Part shown: positions 40,301-48,097 of the stretch, piece after piece | Layout of the letters: every line of letters starts with the position of its first letter | How positions within the stretch are numbered: the stretch's first letter is position 1 | Program-made: the position numbers and the translations under genes | IMG/VR virus record: IMGVR_UViG_3300035681_000001 | Span: 32,001 to 96,000 of that record | Source: a virus | Reading direction: 5' to 3' (one strand) | DNA: 64,000 nucleotides | Notes under the pieces: model-generated | Told to the model about the DNA's origin: nothing | The model's database searches: none | Seen by the model: the letters and a program-made list of their open reading frames with translations, nothing else

Positions 40301-43300
40301 TGCATAAATAGGATTTTTCCAGCGCTGAGGGTCATTATTGATAATGTCTACCAAGATACCCTTAGCTATTGCATTTTCAGGATCTATCTCAAAAGAGCTG
40401 CTTTTGTCTTTACGGTAAATAGCGTTAAACAGGTTAGCAACAAACGAGGTTGAAGCTTGAGCTATAAGTATGCCGGCTACGGCACCTACCATAGCTCCTG
40501 TTTTGGAAAACCTTACACCCTTACGTGTAGTAGTTAGAATCTTACCTTTTTCGTAACCAATTTGCTGGTATTGAAGCTCACCATCAACTAGACCCTCAAA
40601 AACACTTACCAAGCTCCCACGCGATTTACCGGTACCTGATTTACCGCCTATAACTTTCTTAGAATAAACCAACTGACCTGGTTCAGTAACCTGAGATTTA
40701 TTAAGTATAGTTTCGTCTTTTAAGTTGTACTCAAACCTATCAGTAGTACGTTTGTGCATAACGTGACCACCCAACCAACTACCACCCAGCAAAGCTAACG
40801 TAGCTATAGGTTTAGGTACCGTACCTGTAAAGTAAGTCTCATTCCATCGTGTCCATTCTGAATCTTTATTCTGAGTCCGGTAACCAAAAATCTCACCTCC
40901 TATTTGGCTGAGTAAGTCAGCGCCTTGAGGTTGCATATAGTAGTTGTCAAAAATACGGTCTAAGACCAACAATGATCCTAATTTAAAGAAACCGGAGCGA
41001 AACTTACCAAACGAGCTAACGTCCTTAAAGCCACTAGCACCTAACACACTAGAAAAGCCACCAGCTCTAATCAGGTCTTTTTCAGCTGCTTTTAAGCCAA
41101 GTAACTGCTCACCTAGGGTCCCGGTAGCGGCATTAGCTCGGTTGGTTACTCTGGCCTGACGTAAGAATATATCTCGATGTATCTGTAGCATCTCACGTAC
41201 AGAACCTTTGCTAGCAAAGTTTCCTATTAAGTGACCCATACGAGTCACCGATTTAGTCAAACTGGTAAAACCCGGACTTACCAAAGAACTAGCTGAACGA
41301 TCAGACCCCGGTATTACACTCGTACCACCTTGAGATATAGTACGAGTGCTGGTATTACCAAAAGCCTCTCTAACCTCAGGAATCCACAACCACGGACTAG
41401 CAAAGATAAAACGCCCTATTTGATCAGCTGAAGCAGCAAGTGCTCTAACACGATCAGCCCCAATACCTTTGAGAGTTAACTGATAAGAGTAACCTTTAGA
41501 CTCATCTAAAAGGTTTATTTGAGGTAGCTCATGAGCCAAATCCCTAGCTGTTATTTTAGCCTCTTGCATCTTACCGGTTTCAGCAGAGCCAGCTGTCATT
41601 ACATAGTTTAAGAACGGCTCTAAAAAGTTATTCCAAACACTAGAATCAATACGCCTAAACACACCTATAGTGCCTATAGGGCCTGATACAAGCCCTTTAG
41701 GCTTTACTTCTAAGCTGTTTATATCAGACAAAAAGCCTACTTGGCTGCGTTCTAACTCAACTAATTCTGAAGCTGTAATACCTGAGTGTATTTTGCCTCC
41801 AAAGCCTCTTAAGCCTGCCTGATCCAGTTCTTTCCAGACTTCACTACTAATAGGATCAAAACCGTAGCTGTTAACTTTCTGTAGCTTACTGTCTATTAAA
41901 TCGCCAAGTTGTGTTTTACCTTCACTTTGAGCTACTTGAAGAGACCTTAAAGTATTAGACTGCAGCACGTGCAGCATTCTTTTAGAAGTTTCTCCTGGTT
42001 TATCACTAACAGAAACCTCATACAACTTGTTGTACCAGCCATCTAAAAAACCACCTTTTAAGCCGTACTGAGCCATAGTATCCGCCGCACGTTGCTCAAT
42101 ATGAGCTCGTAGCAGAGTAACACCGTGGCTAAACACAAAATAACTACCAATTGCTTGAGCAGTTTGTATTACAGTTTCTTGAGCAAAACCCAAAATACGT
42201 TCTACAGGGCCTACTTCGTTTTGGGTCTTATAGGCAGAACGGTAGAGCTTTTTAAGGCTGCCATAGTCCCTACCAGCTTTAGCATCTTCTAGGTCCTTAA
42301 GCCAGTAGTAACCTGACATAGTGTCCGTGGCTCGACCTATGCCCGCACCTAACAACCCTAAGAAACCCAACCCAGGTTTGTAGACATCGGTGTTAAAAGT
42401 ACTATTTACCCAAGCACCTACACCTGGATCTGAGAGCTGACGATCTAGCTGCCTTAACCAAAACCCAGGTTGGGAGTTACTTACTAAAGAATGAAAGTTC
42501 TCATAGACACTAACTTTAGTATTAGGGTGGTTAGTAAAAAACGACTGCGGCATTCGGGTAGGTAACCGCTGTAGCATACGCCGCTCACCGGCATCTGCAC
42601 CCAGCTCCCTAGATACTGTAGTAACATCTACAAACAATAAGTCCCTGACGTTCTTAGGGAAACTACGATACGCTTTTTCAACGGCGGATTCTTTTACGTA
42701 ACTCGGAGCTACGTCTACAAACTTAGTAGGGTTATCAGAAACTTTGATAAAACCATATTTACTAAAACCTTGAAGCTCGCGGGCTAAAGCATCAGCCAAT
42801 CTACGGTCGTTCAAGTACCGAACTTTTTCTAAAGTTTTGTTAGCGCTGCGGGATGAGATATTATAGGAACCAGAAAACAACTTACTGTCAATAACTCCTG
42901 CTTTAGCGTGCTGCAAGAGTTGTTTAGCGTAGTCAGCGGGTTGTAAATAGACTTCAACCCCAGCAGCACTCAACCCAGCTAGTAGTTTACTAGTAGATTC
43001 TTGATTACCACCACCTTTTGCACCTTTAGGATTTTGACCATATACTCTAACGTCTAGACCTCGTTGTTGAGCTTGCACTAAAGCTTCAGCTACTACAGGG
43101 TCGGTCATGTAAGCTTCAGCAATATATACACGTTGCTGAGCTTTGTTTATATCTCTAACTAGTTTGTCTACAAATTGAGGTCCGGCGCCAGGACCAGTAA
43201 CAAACACTGAACCACTCTTCAAACTAGCCTGCAAACCACCTACGTTACTATTACGATTTAGACCACGCCCTATAAAATCAGCAATACGTGCATCGTCAGC

Positions 43301-43774
43301 CAACACCTTAGGATCAGTGCTACGTACAGCAAAGTTAAGCTGCTGTAGACGCCCCCGCTTAGAATTCAGTATAGTGTTTAAGTTACCTGTTGAGGTAAAG
43401 CTTTCTGCGCCAGGCCTAAAAACCTGTTTAAGGTGTATATTCACCAAATTAGGACTCACGCCTGGCTTATACGGACCTACGTCGTCTAACACCAAAGTAC
43501 TGCTACGAGATATAGCTTGATCTGCTCTAGCTCTTACAAACTCACGTTCACGCCGTGCACCTTTATAAGTATCAGCACCTGCATTAACGTATAGCTCTCT
43601 AAACTTATCTAAATACTGACTTAGACCGGGCTGGCTTTTAACATCATAAAAAGCACCCCTTAAAGACCTAGCAGGTGCTCGCTGGAAAAAGGCACGAGTT
43701 TGTTCACCTATGGCCTCGGGCCCATAAAGAGACTCCGTCCCTGAAGTATAAGTTCCAGACAGAGTGTCAGCCAT
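31328..43774 (-). CDS. giant virion protein (tape-measure/ejection-like), N-terminal tandem PLD domains and C-terminal lysozyme-like domain
   Basis: 4148 aa. HLK...STGN and HAKAGVID...GSYN PLD motifs; long Gly/Ala hydrophobic-helix region; EGGYNSVN...MTFGEV...AVGAPQF...NQD muramidase/transglycosylase-like motif. Confidence 0.8.
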   Translation of the reverse strand: MADTLSGTYTSGTESLYGPEAIGEQTRAFFQRAPARSLRGAFYDVKSQPGLSQYLDKFRELYVNAGADTYKGARREREFVRARADQAISRSSTLVLDDVGPYKPGVSPNLVNIHLKQVFRPGAESFTSTGNLNTILNSKRGRLQQLNFAVRSTDPKVLADDARIADFIGRGLNRNSNVGGLQASLKSGSVFVTGPGAGPQFVDKLVRDINKAQQRVYIAEAYMTDPVVAEALVQAQQRGLDVRVYGQNPKGAKGGGNQESTSKLLAGLSAAGVEVYLQPADYAKQLLQHAKAGVIDSKLFSGSYNISSRSANKTLEKVRYLNDRRLADALARELQGFSKYGFIKVSDNPTKFVDVAPSYVKESAVEKAYRSFPKNVRDLLFVDVTTVSRELGADAGERRMLQRLPTRMPQSFFTNHPNTKVSVYENFHSLVSNSQPGFWLRQLDRQLSDPGVGAWVNSTFNTDVYKPGLGFLGLLGAGIGRATDTMSGYYWLKDLEDAKAGRDYGSLKKLYRSAYKTQNEVGPVERILGFAQETVIQTAQAIGSYFVFSHGVTLLRAHIEQRAADTMAQYGLKGGFLDGWYNKLYEVSVSDKPGETSKRMLHVLQSNTLRSLQVAQSEGKTQLGDLIDSKLQKVNSYGFDPISSEVWKELDQAGLRGFGGKIHSGITASELVELERSQVGFLSDINSLEVKPKGLVSGPIGTIGVFRRIDSSVWNNFLEPFLNYVMTAGSAETGKMQEAKITARDLAHELPQINLLDESKGYSYQLTLKGIGADRVRALAASADQIGRFIFASPWLWIPEVREAFGNTSTRTISQGGTSVIPGSDRSASSLVSPGFTSLTKSVTRMGHLIGNFASKGSVREMLQIHRDIFLRQARVTNRANAATGTLGEQLLGLKAAEKDLIRAGGFSSVLGASGFKDVSSFGKFRSGFFKLGSLLVLDRIFDNYYMQPQGADLLSQIGGEIFGYRTQNKDSEWTRWNETYFTGTVPKPIATLALLGGSWLGGHVMHKRTTDRFEYNLKDETILNKSQVTEPGQLVYSKKVIGGKSGTGKSRGSLVSVFEGLVDGELQYQQIGYEKGKILTTTRKGVRFSKTGAMVGAVAGILIAQASTSFVANLFNAIYRKDKSSSFEIDPENAIAKGILVDIINNDPQRWKNPIYAARAQTLSDLAKRLSVPDITRQDITYSFAAQIPTPIFQFAVVGRSDPRTGVTALGAGFQFMPVLGAGSTPMAPFGFSFGATKTRMQRLLEKRAGLVSDSRFYDDEQSALFWGKAADLASVVTFFPESQTYAALGTVGALSYLGSVYRAVRNQNVVGAADPKGSVSRDLIGFAGRMTKRVITWAQVPTLVAPNLIKGAFGTLLDTSPTVGAMRRGSALRALAPYLLPYLAYSSLVSPNSSVFNPLALIYESQATQAQDPNWSAGNVARDNFFRQLYIGGFFGAYYGTALARAGVFAGAEKFSRFGDPNFEFVGTTARYQKGIWDAYERKFNASDKGVLRGLGLGDESVKTLAAALGAAKGKSDALLHLQSLRPALVETAGLRFNLAARKGVKYAAVYSLAAAVLAAGNQLTIGPKGEMSWLQNAMLIFHFGGQNNYTQAQLALARRARYANVPKQNPGILGLLEQAGSTITGAWNIQKLTGAYQDNPNMFASLIGPLGLSESKNGFRGYVQATSAYTDISGSELAMIKGLSVTKDQVYLLQSLYKTSRNSTSALYSIFSAVPRQQPATIQKAARPEEYNQLGTSQGLSAAIRVRQQELIRISNQRPVEILMGLLHETNVAQALSKKGKVYFPNIDNFSARVGGEASVDLFKKGFYDFLDYATGKSSGDELGNYTGYYQEQILGRTPFFSYFTSTLKATAQSFQEGSLPSAVFGGALFSTLAFASLASLGAISLAGITFAASSKVKPYVPAETDIRSRATATFNVVAKGEAYEFSLRSGGGTTNPQIKVSVPSASASSQVADAYNTARNSMFSLTDEQLSPQNIKQTLLDDMARMYGGATDQQNFAQQIYGKEYDPRRTNNIIEQYGLERNVRGSRILDAESKRLHALNHYVNAALLVHESFLENTEETDRSLAGRYTGKGTQRWASDSIPTDTIVKAINETFRQRGYSGLVREGITGSTSTLIDYFNLVQAYELLSAGSYLGSTSESVRTRAGYFVVAKSGELAAGLGIFALLRKAWSTSPTFATFAGLAAVGTYVGLNRITNNGVQNFLSGVSDTVNENFIKPTTAFLASGLAAVGQAPLVKTALSGLNTVARILDPALYAIRKKALNVPGFGIIARFLLPETVRSFMEEQTGLLPTASSWQGPRMEEYGEDANTRAETMQKRRLFRATSLPNELDDALFSPALMGRSVYDPEPEFDARYFGSSGYAERVLTQGGFRSQSLVSNLMLSAMRQRQFMVDTTAANFYYTRPQPANYDYSLLQTAAGLAWRSSKASNKGYWGTFLTGASTVYRDFKTLGDKVSQSEFTTDLKALGSGIGRVANRTTEPAISWLANQTRRFTVGGLRFAGLSNRITFRALGKGFSKNSKFLGALAPSAALGGLGVWLLGDAVGDYYATAANLNEQDRNRLKFGLGLASASTFEIMLGIDSARRWNPQESAYVYGKSQVSRVGRYGLAAGVGAFAFTSLFNYLGDNTSKNWGFDYGEDYHLSTAAGTVVGAGSYAYFRHLQKGYATYLEGVNIEPEVTTVTRDSSVRLPGPKGFSGPRGPGSPGMGPITTATVATALPEPTPAADTPLSFKSYVGSQRLGILPTWRRILKNRYTGMGLGLLALLPLLPVHNLNSLGVFKLPALAGFLALVGYGVYGALGTTGIKRVFGAFKGTRIGAVGSGIDKFFQNVQQFLGVLNIRPALREFKTKVLQNEKFIAARKLVGGLAGKLGRFAAVYGGLISSGLGVSQLNGDSRRVQYQTAYSEFFQNAAGLAVTAAGGRSRQVFGTFFLMQDLVKDNPLADAVTDQFYQEDQLDPAGANRRNITRVGLGAAAVIGLNLGIRRLSKTALSRLSGIAGTLTLATSSLANLLSGSLLKPNRTAWQLSSEAVDQEFQPLQNALFGSILRGSVSTAIWSTVAGAALSWDPVRSFRTSQIAQSMQAAGKYNPQGYAELGLYQRAGGLIAASLLAPLAARLIRSPFRSNSLAVANTLLIAFNVSQSLGAIAGTQVYLMQNDPRSRPWEAAAVSLANYQDAGFRDSIIQDSTRSTFKGRFFDYFRAQYARPTKGFGSPNLWQKGVNLLASPLGWAKTLIGGKLGTGLTVLNVIDEAVNSGKSLVDAGVSALGAAVTSTILFTGLQSLFSAARVGGLFSSVARVAAPALIAKQLSSIAMRTWRTYKLPGYESMDDDNIGTVSNTIGAAAGGIALLNFFKGGGGPRGGTGGGNAGGGAGASPSSSPTTSTRGGFRGLRRLVGEGAVGRGNLAIIGLEVLQAGLIASDTPYGNKVRAAVQADESFRDKLLKGESLANTPEAQAGKRDFELVSRFAGNMITRAGDAAAWLGTAIAGLALWGFSSVFGGGSAAAATPGKFSNLTLQPTEQVMYDYIAAQKRKIAAQKTAYQKTRKQQRWVSEQTFRQTNEQKSWDLFQWAADRVKDLTGLATETFRRVGSFAQGATDGLGSALGELTGSAYVASVSAFTPLLRVIYAGEGGYNSVNRGNAGDTPGGLPGLSSMTFGEVMRRQAAGLHAVGAPQFIPSTLKIAMRDAGLKTTDVFSPYNQDRAAIALMIGSKQPALAAFLRGKSNNVRAAIDALAGEWASVKNASGRGQYNHVGRNRATITMSPELMWETRRRYLASPDAIRPTTPVDIIGGLFRSGTGGDRPVYVTNDRDSRGGSFIHAHLGLNQRGGSHVLRGQQTAQEASLLQTYAFSFIKEGFRQGEQRIEIHGLQGSRGGSIWLTRKSSDAEIKSAIARGVMGHHDPKYAIDINFDTLKKFIAPSAGKVTVKQGGTGLSGYFETQSGVSVVHARDVINTTLPKAPVLPTPQNALRGVGAKGGGLVPKPAVVIPINPVKTRHPVQRVVLPEVSYESSIRQTQVEIASAVAPERQAAVLALVAAGAAALVTTPKAPVNHQVVVENQNPKASQHAEPMLKVVRDDKQLVATKETEVKGEVARISLVQKYTTLVESIGHDPAGSHRQSAAAAHEPMPLGHRGSGHWTPTGPRMGNQLG

Positions 43775-44358
43775 TAGGTGCGCACGCGCTCTACGTTACC
43801 TAAAGCACCTACTTTATACTCTTGAAGCATGTCTAAAGTAGCAGCAGGTTCGTAGTTAACAGTCAAGTTCGTACCTACTGCCGGGCGGTCAAAACGCCAA
43901 GCCAAAGCGTTATATTCAGCTACCCAATTATCTCCACTAGAAACAGACACTACACGCCATACCTTAAGGGGCAAGGTAGGGTCTTGATCCCCTAAAGCAA
44001 AAAAGTATTGGTTTAATAAGGGCACAGAAGGCACAATCCAAGTCTGAATGTCTAGCGGCGTCCGATTGCCAACCCGAAAGAATTCAGCTTGGTAACGACC
44101 TATAGGTAAGTATTTATCTGAGGGTAACAACTGAAAGCGCAACAGCCCATCAGGAGGTACATCTAACACTAGCGAATCAGGTATGTACTGATCAGGTCCT
44201 CTACGATTAGACCTAGGTGAGGTAATGCGTAAACGGTACTTAACGTCTGTTGGATTAAGAGCTGAATCGTCAGGGTTTAAAGCCCAGGGCTTAAATTGTA
44301 TGACTATAGGGGTGTAAATCTGACTACCTGCTTGGATTAAAGTATCTGACATTATCAA
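43774..44358 (-). CDS. hypothetical virion-block protein
   Basis: 194-aa ORF coupled to the giant gene. Confidence 0.75.
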   Translation of the reverse strand: MIMSDTLIQAGSQIYTPIVIQFKPWALNPDDSALNPTDVKYRLRITSPRSNRRGPDQYIPDSLVLDVPPDGLLRFQLLPSDKYLPIGRYQAEFFRVGNRTPLDIQTWIVPSVPLLNQYFFALGDQDPTLPLKVWRVVSVSSGDNWVAEYNALAWRFDRPAVGTNLTVNYEPAATLDMLQEYKVGALGNVERVRT

Positions 44359-44386
44359 TACGGTGCTAGTTCCAGCTTAGAGCAAA

Positions 44387-47300
44387 CTACCAAGTGTCTA
44401 AAGAAAACCTAGAACCACCACCTGAACCACTAAAACTACCCCATCGCTGGCGGGTACCTAAAACTTCCCTTTTGAAGTTTCCTCTAGTAGAACTAAAGTC
44501 ATCTTCTACTGTAGGAGAAAATATAGCCGCAGGTTTTGGTACCGCTAATTTCCTAGAACTAGACCAATCAGCATGGGTGTTGCCTACTAGTTGCCAGCAA
44601 ATGGCGGCGACACAATCAGCCAAATCTTTGCTGTTATGGACTATAACTCCTGCTCCGACAGCAAAGTTATCCCAAAGATCCACTGACAAATCATAAACAG
44701 GAACTGGTTCTGATAATACAACCTTAGTAGTAGAAACTAGCTTTACTAGTTTTGTCAAACACATCAACTCAGCTTTACAGGTTTCTAGGTCTTTGGCTTG
44801 TATATACTCACCGCTGCTAAGCATAAATGGATGATCTGGGGTACACCTAATAACAGAACCATTATCTAAGCCTACATCTAGCAGTTCTGTTACCTCCATG
44901 GTTTTACGACCTCTAGCTCGACCAGGTACCAAAGTACCATCTGACTTAGCACTATATAACCAAACTTCTTTTCCTACCAACTCTGAAATCATTGGTGTAG
45001 TACCATCTAATAATGGTATTCGAGTTTCCCCGACTAAACATTTATCTGGCTTATGGTCAATTTTGTTAGCATTAATCAGCTGTAAGTGTATGAGTTCATC
45101 TTTTAGTAAAGATGTAAACTCTGACATCCTAGGGAAAATAATCCGATTCTCGTGTAGCAGCTTCCTCAAACAGTCATACATATCAAGTTGTATACCTCTA
45201 CTAAAGAAAATAGTTTCAGCTCGTAAGCCGTTAGCCTTAAGACGCTGAATAGTCTCTGGAGAGTGAGCGTGATCACTGGTAACTTTAGCTAGCGGCCGTT
45301 TACGGTTAATCTCATAAATAACAGACTGTACATTAGTGATACTGACTTGAATGCCGGGCTCAGGCTCCCAAGCTACTAGACCGTCTATAACCACTAAAGT
45401 TTCACCTTGTGAGTCGCGTTCTTTATGACCAAAAGCTAAACCGTAAGCATCACGTTTAACTGCTGGATCTAGGTGTAAGTAAGTAACTATACCGTCAGCT
45501 TCAGCTACTGTTGCTTGCATCCTCACTAGACCATCACCACCACTAGTGTCTTTCACTACTTTGATCTTTGAGCTGCCCCTAAAAGCTCTTACTACTTCTT
45601 CTTTGTCCAAGAACGAATACTGCCCTGAATGGCGTATACCTTCAAACTCCAAAGCAGCTTTAATAGGATCTTCTGCATACTCGATCTTAATGACTGGTTG
45701 TTGACGACCTGCTCGTTTAGGGTTAAGGTCCCAAGATCTTAACCTAAAGCCTACCATTGAGTCGGCTACTTCAGGATCTTTACACGTCCGATAAAGCTTT
45801 TGTATAGCATCTTCGTCTTCCCAAGCAGAAGAAATAGCTACCCTCAAAGCATCTAGCCCAAAAGTAACACCTGAAACACCAATGTTAGACCAAAGCTCTA
45901 AAGCGTTAGACTCACCGTTTTCAGATTTAAAGCGAGCTACTTCATCCATTACCAGCAAGATCACACTAGATCCTACCTGAGAAGAAGACTTAGAATTACC
46001 CGCGTAGATATATAGTAATTTTTCCGGATACTTGATTTCTTGTTCACCTACTATTATTCTTTTTTGGTCTATCAACCTGCGGATTACAGGTACGTAATAC
46101 AACAACGCTCGGGCTTGACCGTAAATAGTACGTTTAGTTTGTTCTGCAGCGGTAGCCATACAAAATATGGCTATAGGAGTAGAAGCTGCTATACCGTAGT
46201 GCAACTGGGGCGAAGACTGTAAGCACAACTTGTAGAACTCATAAGCAACTATCAAAGAGCCAACCATCGTGTTGTGGTTGGTGAAGCCCTGTGCAACGTA
46301 TTGCTCACACCCAGGTACTGAGAGGTCTACACAAAAAGCTTCAGAGTCTTCAACAGACTCCACGAGATCATAAAAGTAGTCGCAATCTCGTAAGTACTTA
46401 AAGTGCTCGACGGCTTCTAGATCACTACAATGTTCCTCAGCAAACTCAATCAAAGCCGGCAAACGGTAAGCACTGAATTCTTCAGTGGAGTTTTCTTTAA
46501 TAGAATTACCTACGATAGCTCGAAACTCTAGCTTTAAGTTTCGGGTTTTAGGTCGGTCTGCATAACCAGAACCTAGTAGTTTACCGGCGGCGTGAGCTGA
46601 ACCTGGCTGCTTGCCTCTATTAGAGGGTAAAGAATCACGCAGCCTCTTCAGCCACACTTTTTGGTTAGGTATACGTTCGGTATCACCTCCGTCTCTACTA
46701 GCAGCAGCTAAATAGTCAACTAACGGTTGCTGTTTTCTTGGCAAGCCAAAACCTATTTCAACAGCAAATCTCTTAACGCTGCGTTGCCCTCTTAGGATCA
46801 ACACGTAATAATCAGTTCCTTTGACATCTTTAGTTCTTACACGACTGACTACACCAAAGTTTAAGAGCATCAGCTGTACTTCTTCGGCTAACTGCTTTGA
46901 AGCAGTAGACAAAGTAACTTCTCGACCACCTTTCTCGCAGCTACCGTCAGCAGCAAAAAGACCGGACAAAAAAGCAGCTTGTACGTCTTTAGGGCTACGG
47001 CGTATAGACCAGGGTACTTTTTTAGTAGTAACGTGAGACTCAATAACAAAACCTAAAGAGTCAAAGTAACTACGCAGCACTTTACAGCCAATTGACAACC
47101 TGGCCCCAAATTGAGACCTCTTATCTTTAGTCTCCTTGGGGTACTCAAGTCCCGTTTTAGTAACTACGTCTGTATACCAAGGAATGTCTTGTAAGTGCGT
47201 AGTAAGCTGTATTTGGCAATTACTGGTCCAACTGCCGTCACCTACCAATAAACCTAAAAGCCTGCCTAAATCAGCATCTAAGAACTCAGGGTACTGCCGC

Positions 47301-48097
47301 TGCTTAACTGACATCCCATTGCTGTACTTAGTAAGGCTAGGGGCAAAGTGTTTTATTGATACGTATTCTGTAGGAAAAAGGTTGGTAGCTCTGTGTATAC
47401 AAGCCCACTCTCCCGCCTGAATGTCCCTAAAGTATCTCCACTCAATATTGCCGTGCGTATTTAATACTTTGATTCTATGTTCAGGGGTGGCTTCCAAGTT
47501 GTAGCTACATTCTGTTAGTACCTTTTTGGTTTTGGTTTGACCTTTTACGTAAAAGTTTTCAGCAGTAGCTCTTTTATTAGTTCCCTCAGTAGCTACGGTG
47601 TGGCTTAAAGGCAAAGCCACGTCTTTTAGTTGCTGCATACCTTGTTCAAGGGTAAGCATGTTCAGGTTCTGAGAAACAGACATAGCTTCTTTAAGCAGCT
47701 CGTGTCCATAAATCATACCATACTTTTGAGAGCCTAGGAGGGTATACAGACTGTGGCATTTGCCCCCCCTACGACCACATTCTAAAATCAGAGCTTGTTT
47801 CTTACCAATCTCCATTTCTAAGGAGAAACAGAGATCAAAAGTAGTACGATCTAGTTCATACCAAGTTTGTATAATTGCTCGCTCTTCATCATTAAAAACG
47901 TAATGCCCGTAAAAGATCTTTAAAATAAGCATCTGGCGGACATCTAACTCGATGCCCCAGTCTGGGTGTATTTCTTGCTCAATAAAGTCAACTATATTAG
48001 TTACTGCTGTATCAGTAGCAAACTTGGTTTGGAGATCTGTGACTAGATCATCAAAAAAACCATCAAAATTAAAATCCAGCCCGGCCGATTTGCTCAT
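44387..48097 (-). CDS. terL: terminase large subunit containing two inteins
   Basis: Walker A CGRRGGK|T, Walker B LLVMDEVA, nuclease YLHLDPA, KD.AD motif; ~604 aa after intein removal. Confidence 0.92.
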   Translation of the reverse strand: MSKSAGLDFNFDGFFDDLVTDLQTKFATDTAVTNIVDFIEQEIHPDWGIELDVRQMLILKIFYGHYVFNDEERAIIQTWYELDRTTFDLCFSLEMEIGKKQALILECGRRGGKCHSLYTLLGSQKYGMIYGHELLKEAMSVSQNLNMLTLEQGMQQLKDVALPLSHTVATEGTNKRATAENFYVKGQTKTKKVLTECSYNLEATPEHRIKVLNTHGNIEWRYFRDIQAGEWACIHRATNLFPTEYVSIKHFAPSLTKYSNGMSVKQRQYPEFLDADLGRLLGLLVGDGSWTSNCQIQLTTHLQDIPWYTDVVTKTGLEYPKETKDKRSQFGARLSIGCKVLRSYFDSLGFVIESHVTTKKVPWSIRRSPKDVQAAFLSGLFAADGSCEKGGREVTLSTASKQLAEEVQLMLLNFGVVSRVRTKDVKGTDYYVLILRGQRSVKRFAVEIGFGLPRKQQPLVDYLAAASRDGGDTERIPNQKVWLKRLRDSLPSNRGKQPGSAHAAGKLLGSGYADRPKTRNLKLEFRAIVGNSIKENSTEEFSAYRLPALIEFAEEHCSDLEAVEHFKYLRDCDYFYDLVESVEDSEAFCVDLSVPGCEQYVAQGFTNHNTMVGSLIVAYEFYKLCLQSSPQLHYGIAASTPIAIFCMATAAEQTKRTIYGQARALLYYVPVIRRLIDQKRIIVGEQEIKYPEKLLYIYAGNSKSSSQVGSSVILLVMDEVARFKSENGESNALELWSNIGVSGVTFGLDALRVAISSAWEDEDAIQKLYRTCKDPEVADSMVGFRLRSWDLNPKRAGRQQPVIKIEYAEDPIKAALEFEGIRHSGQYSFLDKEEVVRAFRGSSKIKVVKDTSGGDGLVRMQATVAEADGIVTYLHLDPAVKRDAYGLAFGHKERDSQGETLVVIDGLVAWEPEPGIQVSITNVQSVIYEINRKRPLAKVTSDHAHSPETIQRLKANGLRAETIFFSRGIQLDMYDCLRKLLHENRIIFPRMSEFTSLLKDELIHLQLINANKIDHKPDKCLVGETRIPLLDGTTPMISELVGKEVWLYSAKSDGTLVPGRARGRKTMEVTELLDVGLDNGSVIRCTPDHPFMLSSGEYIQAKDLETCKAELMCLTKLVKLVSTTKVVLSEPVPVYDLSVDLWDNFAVGAGVIVHNSKDLADCVAAICWQLVGNTHADWSSSRKLAVPKPAAIFSPTVEDDFSSTRGNFKREVLGTRQRWGSFSGSGGGSRFSLDTW
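44633..45040 (-). mobile_element. intein 2, mini-intein (136 aa), in the TerL nuclease domain
   Basis: Starts CLVGET; CTPDHPF; PVYDLSV; ends VHN before S; no endonuclease. Confidence 0.93.
46271..47758 (-). mobile_element. intein 1 (496 aa) with LAGLIDADG endonuclease, inserted in TerL Walker A
   Basis: Starts C(HSLYT); block B ATPEHR; motifs LLGLLVGDGS and LSGLFAADGS; ends HN before T. Confidence 0.93.
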
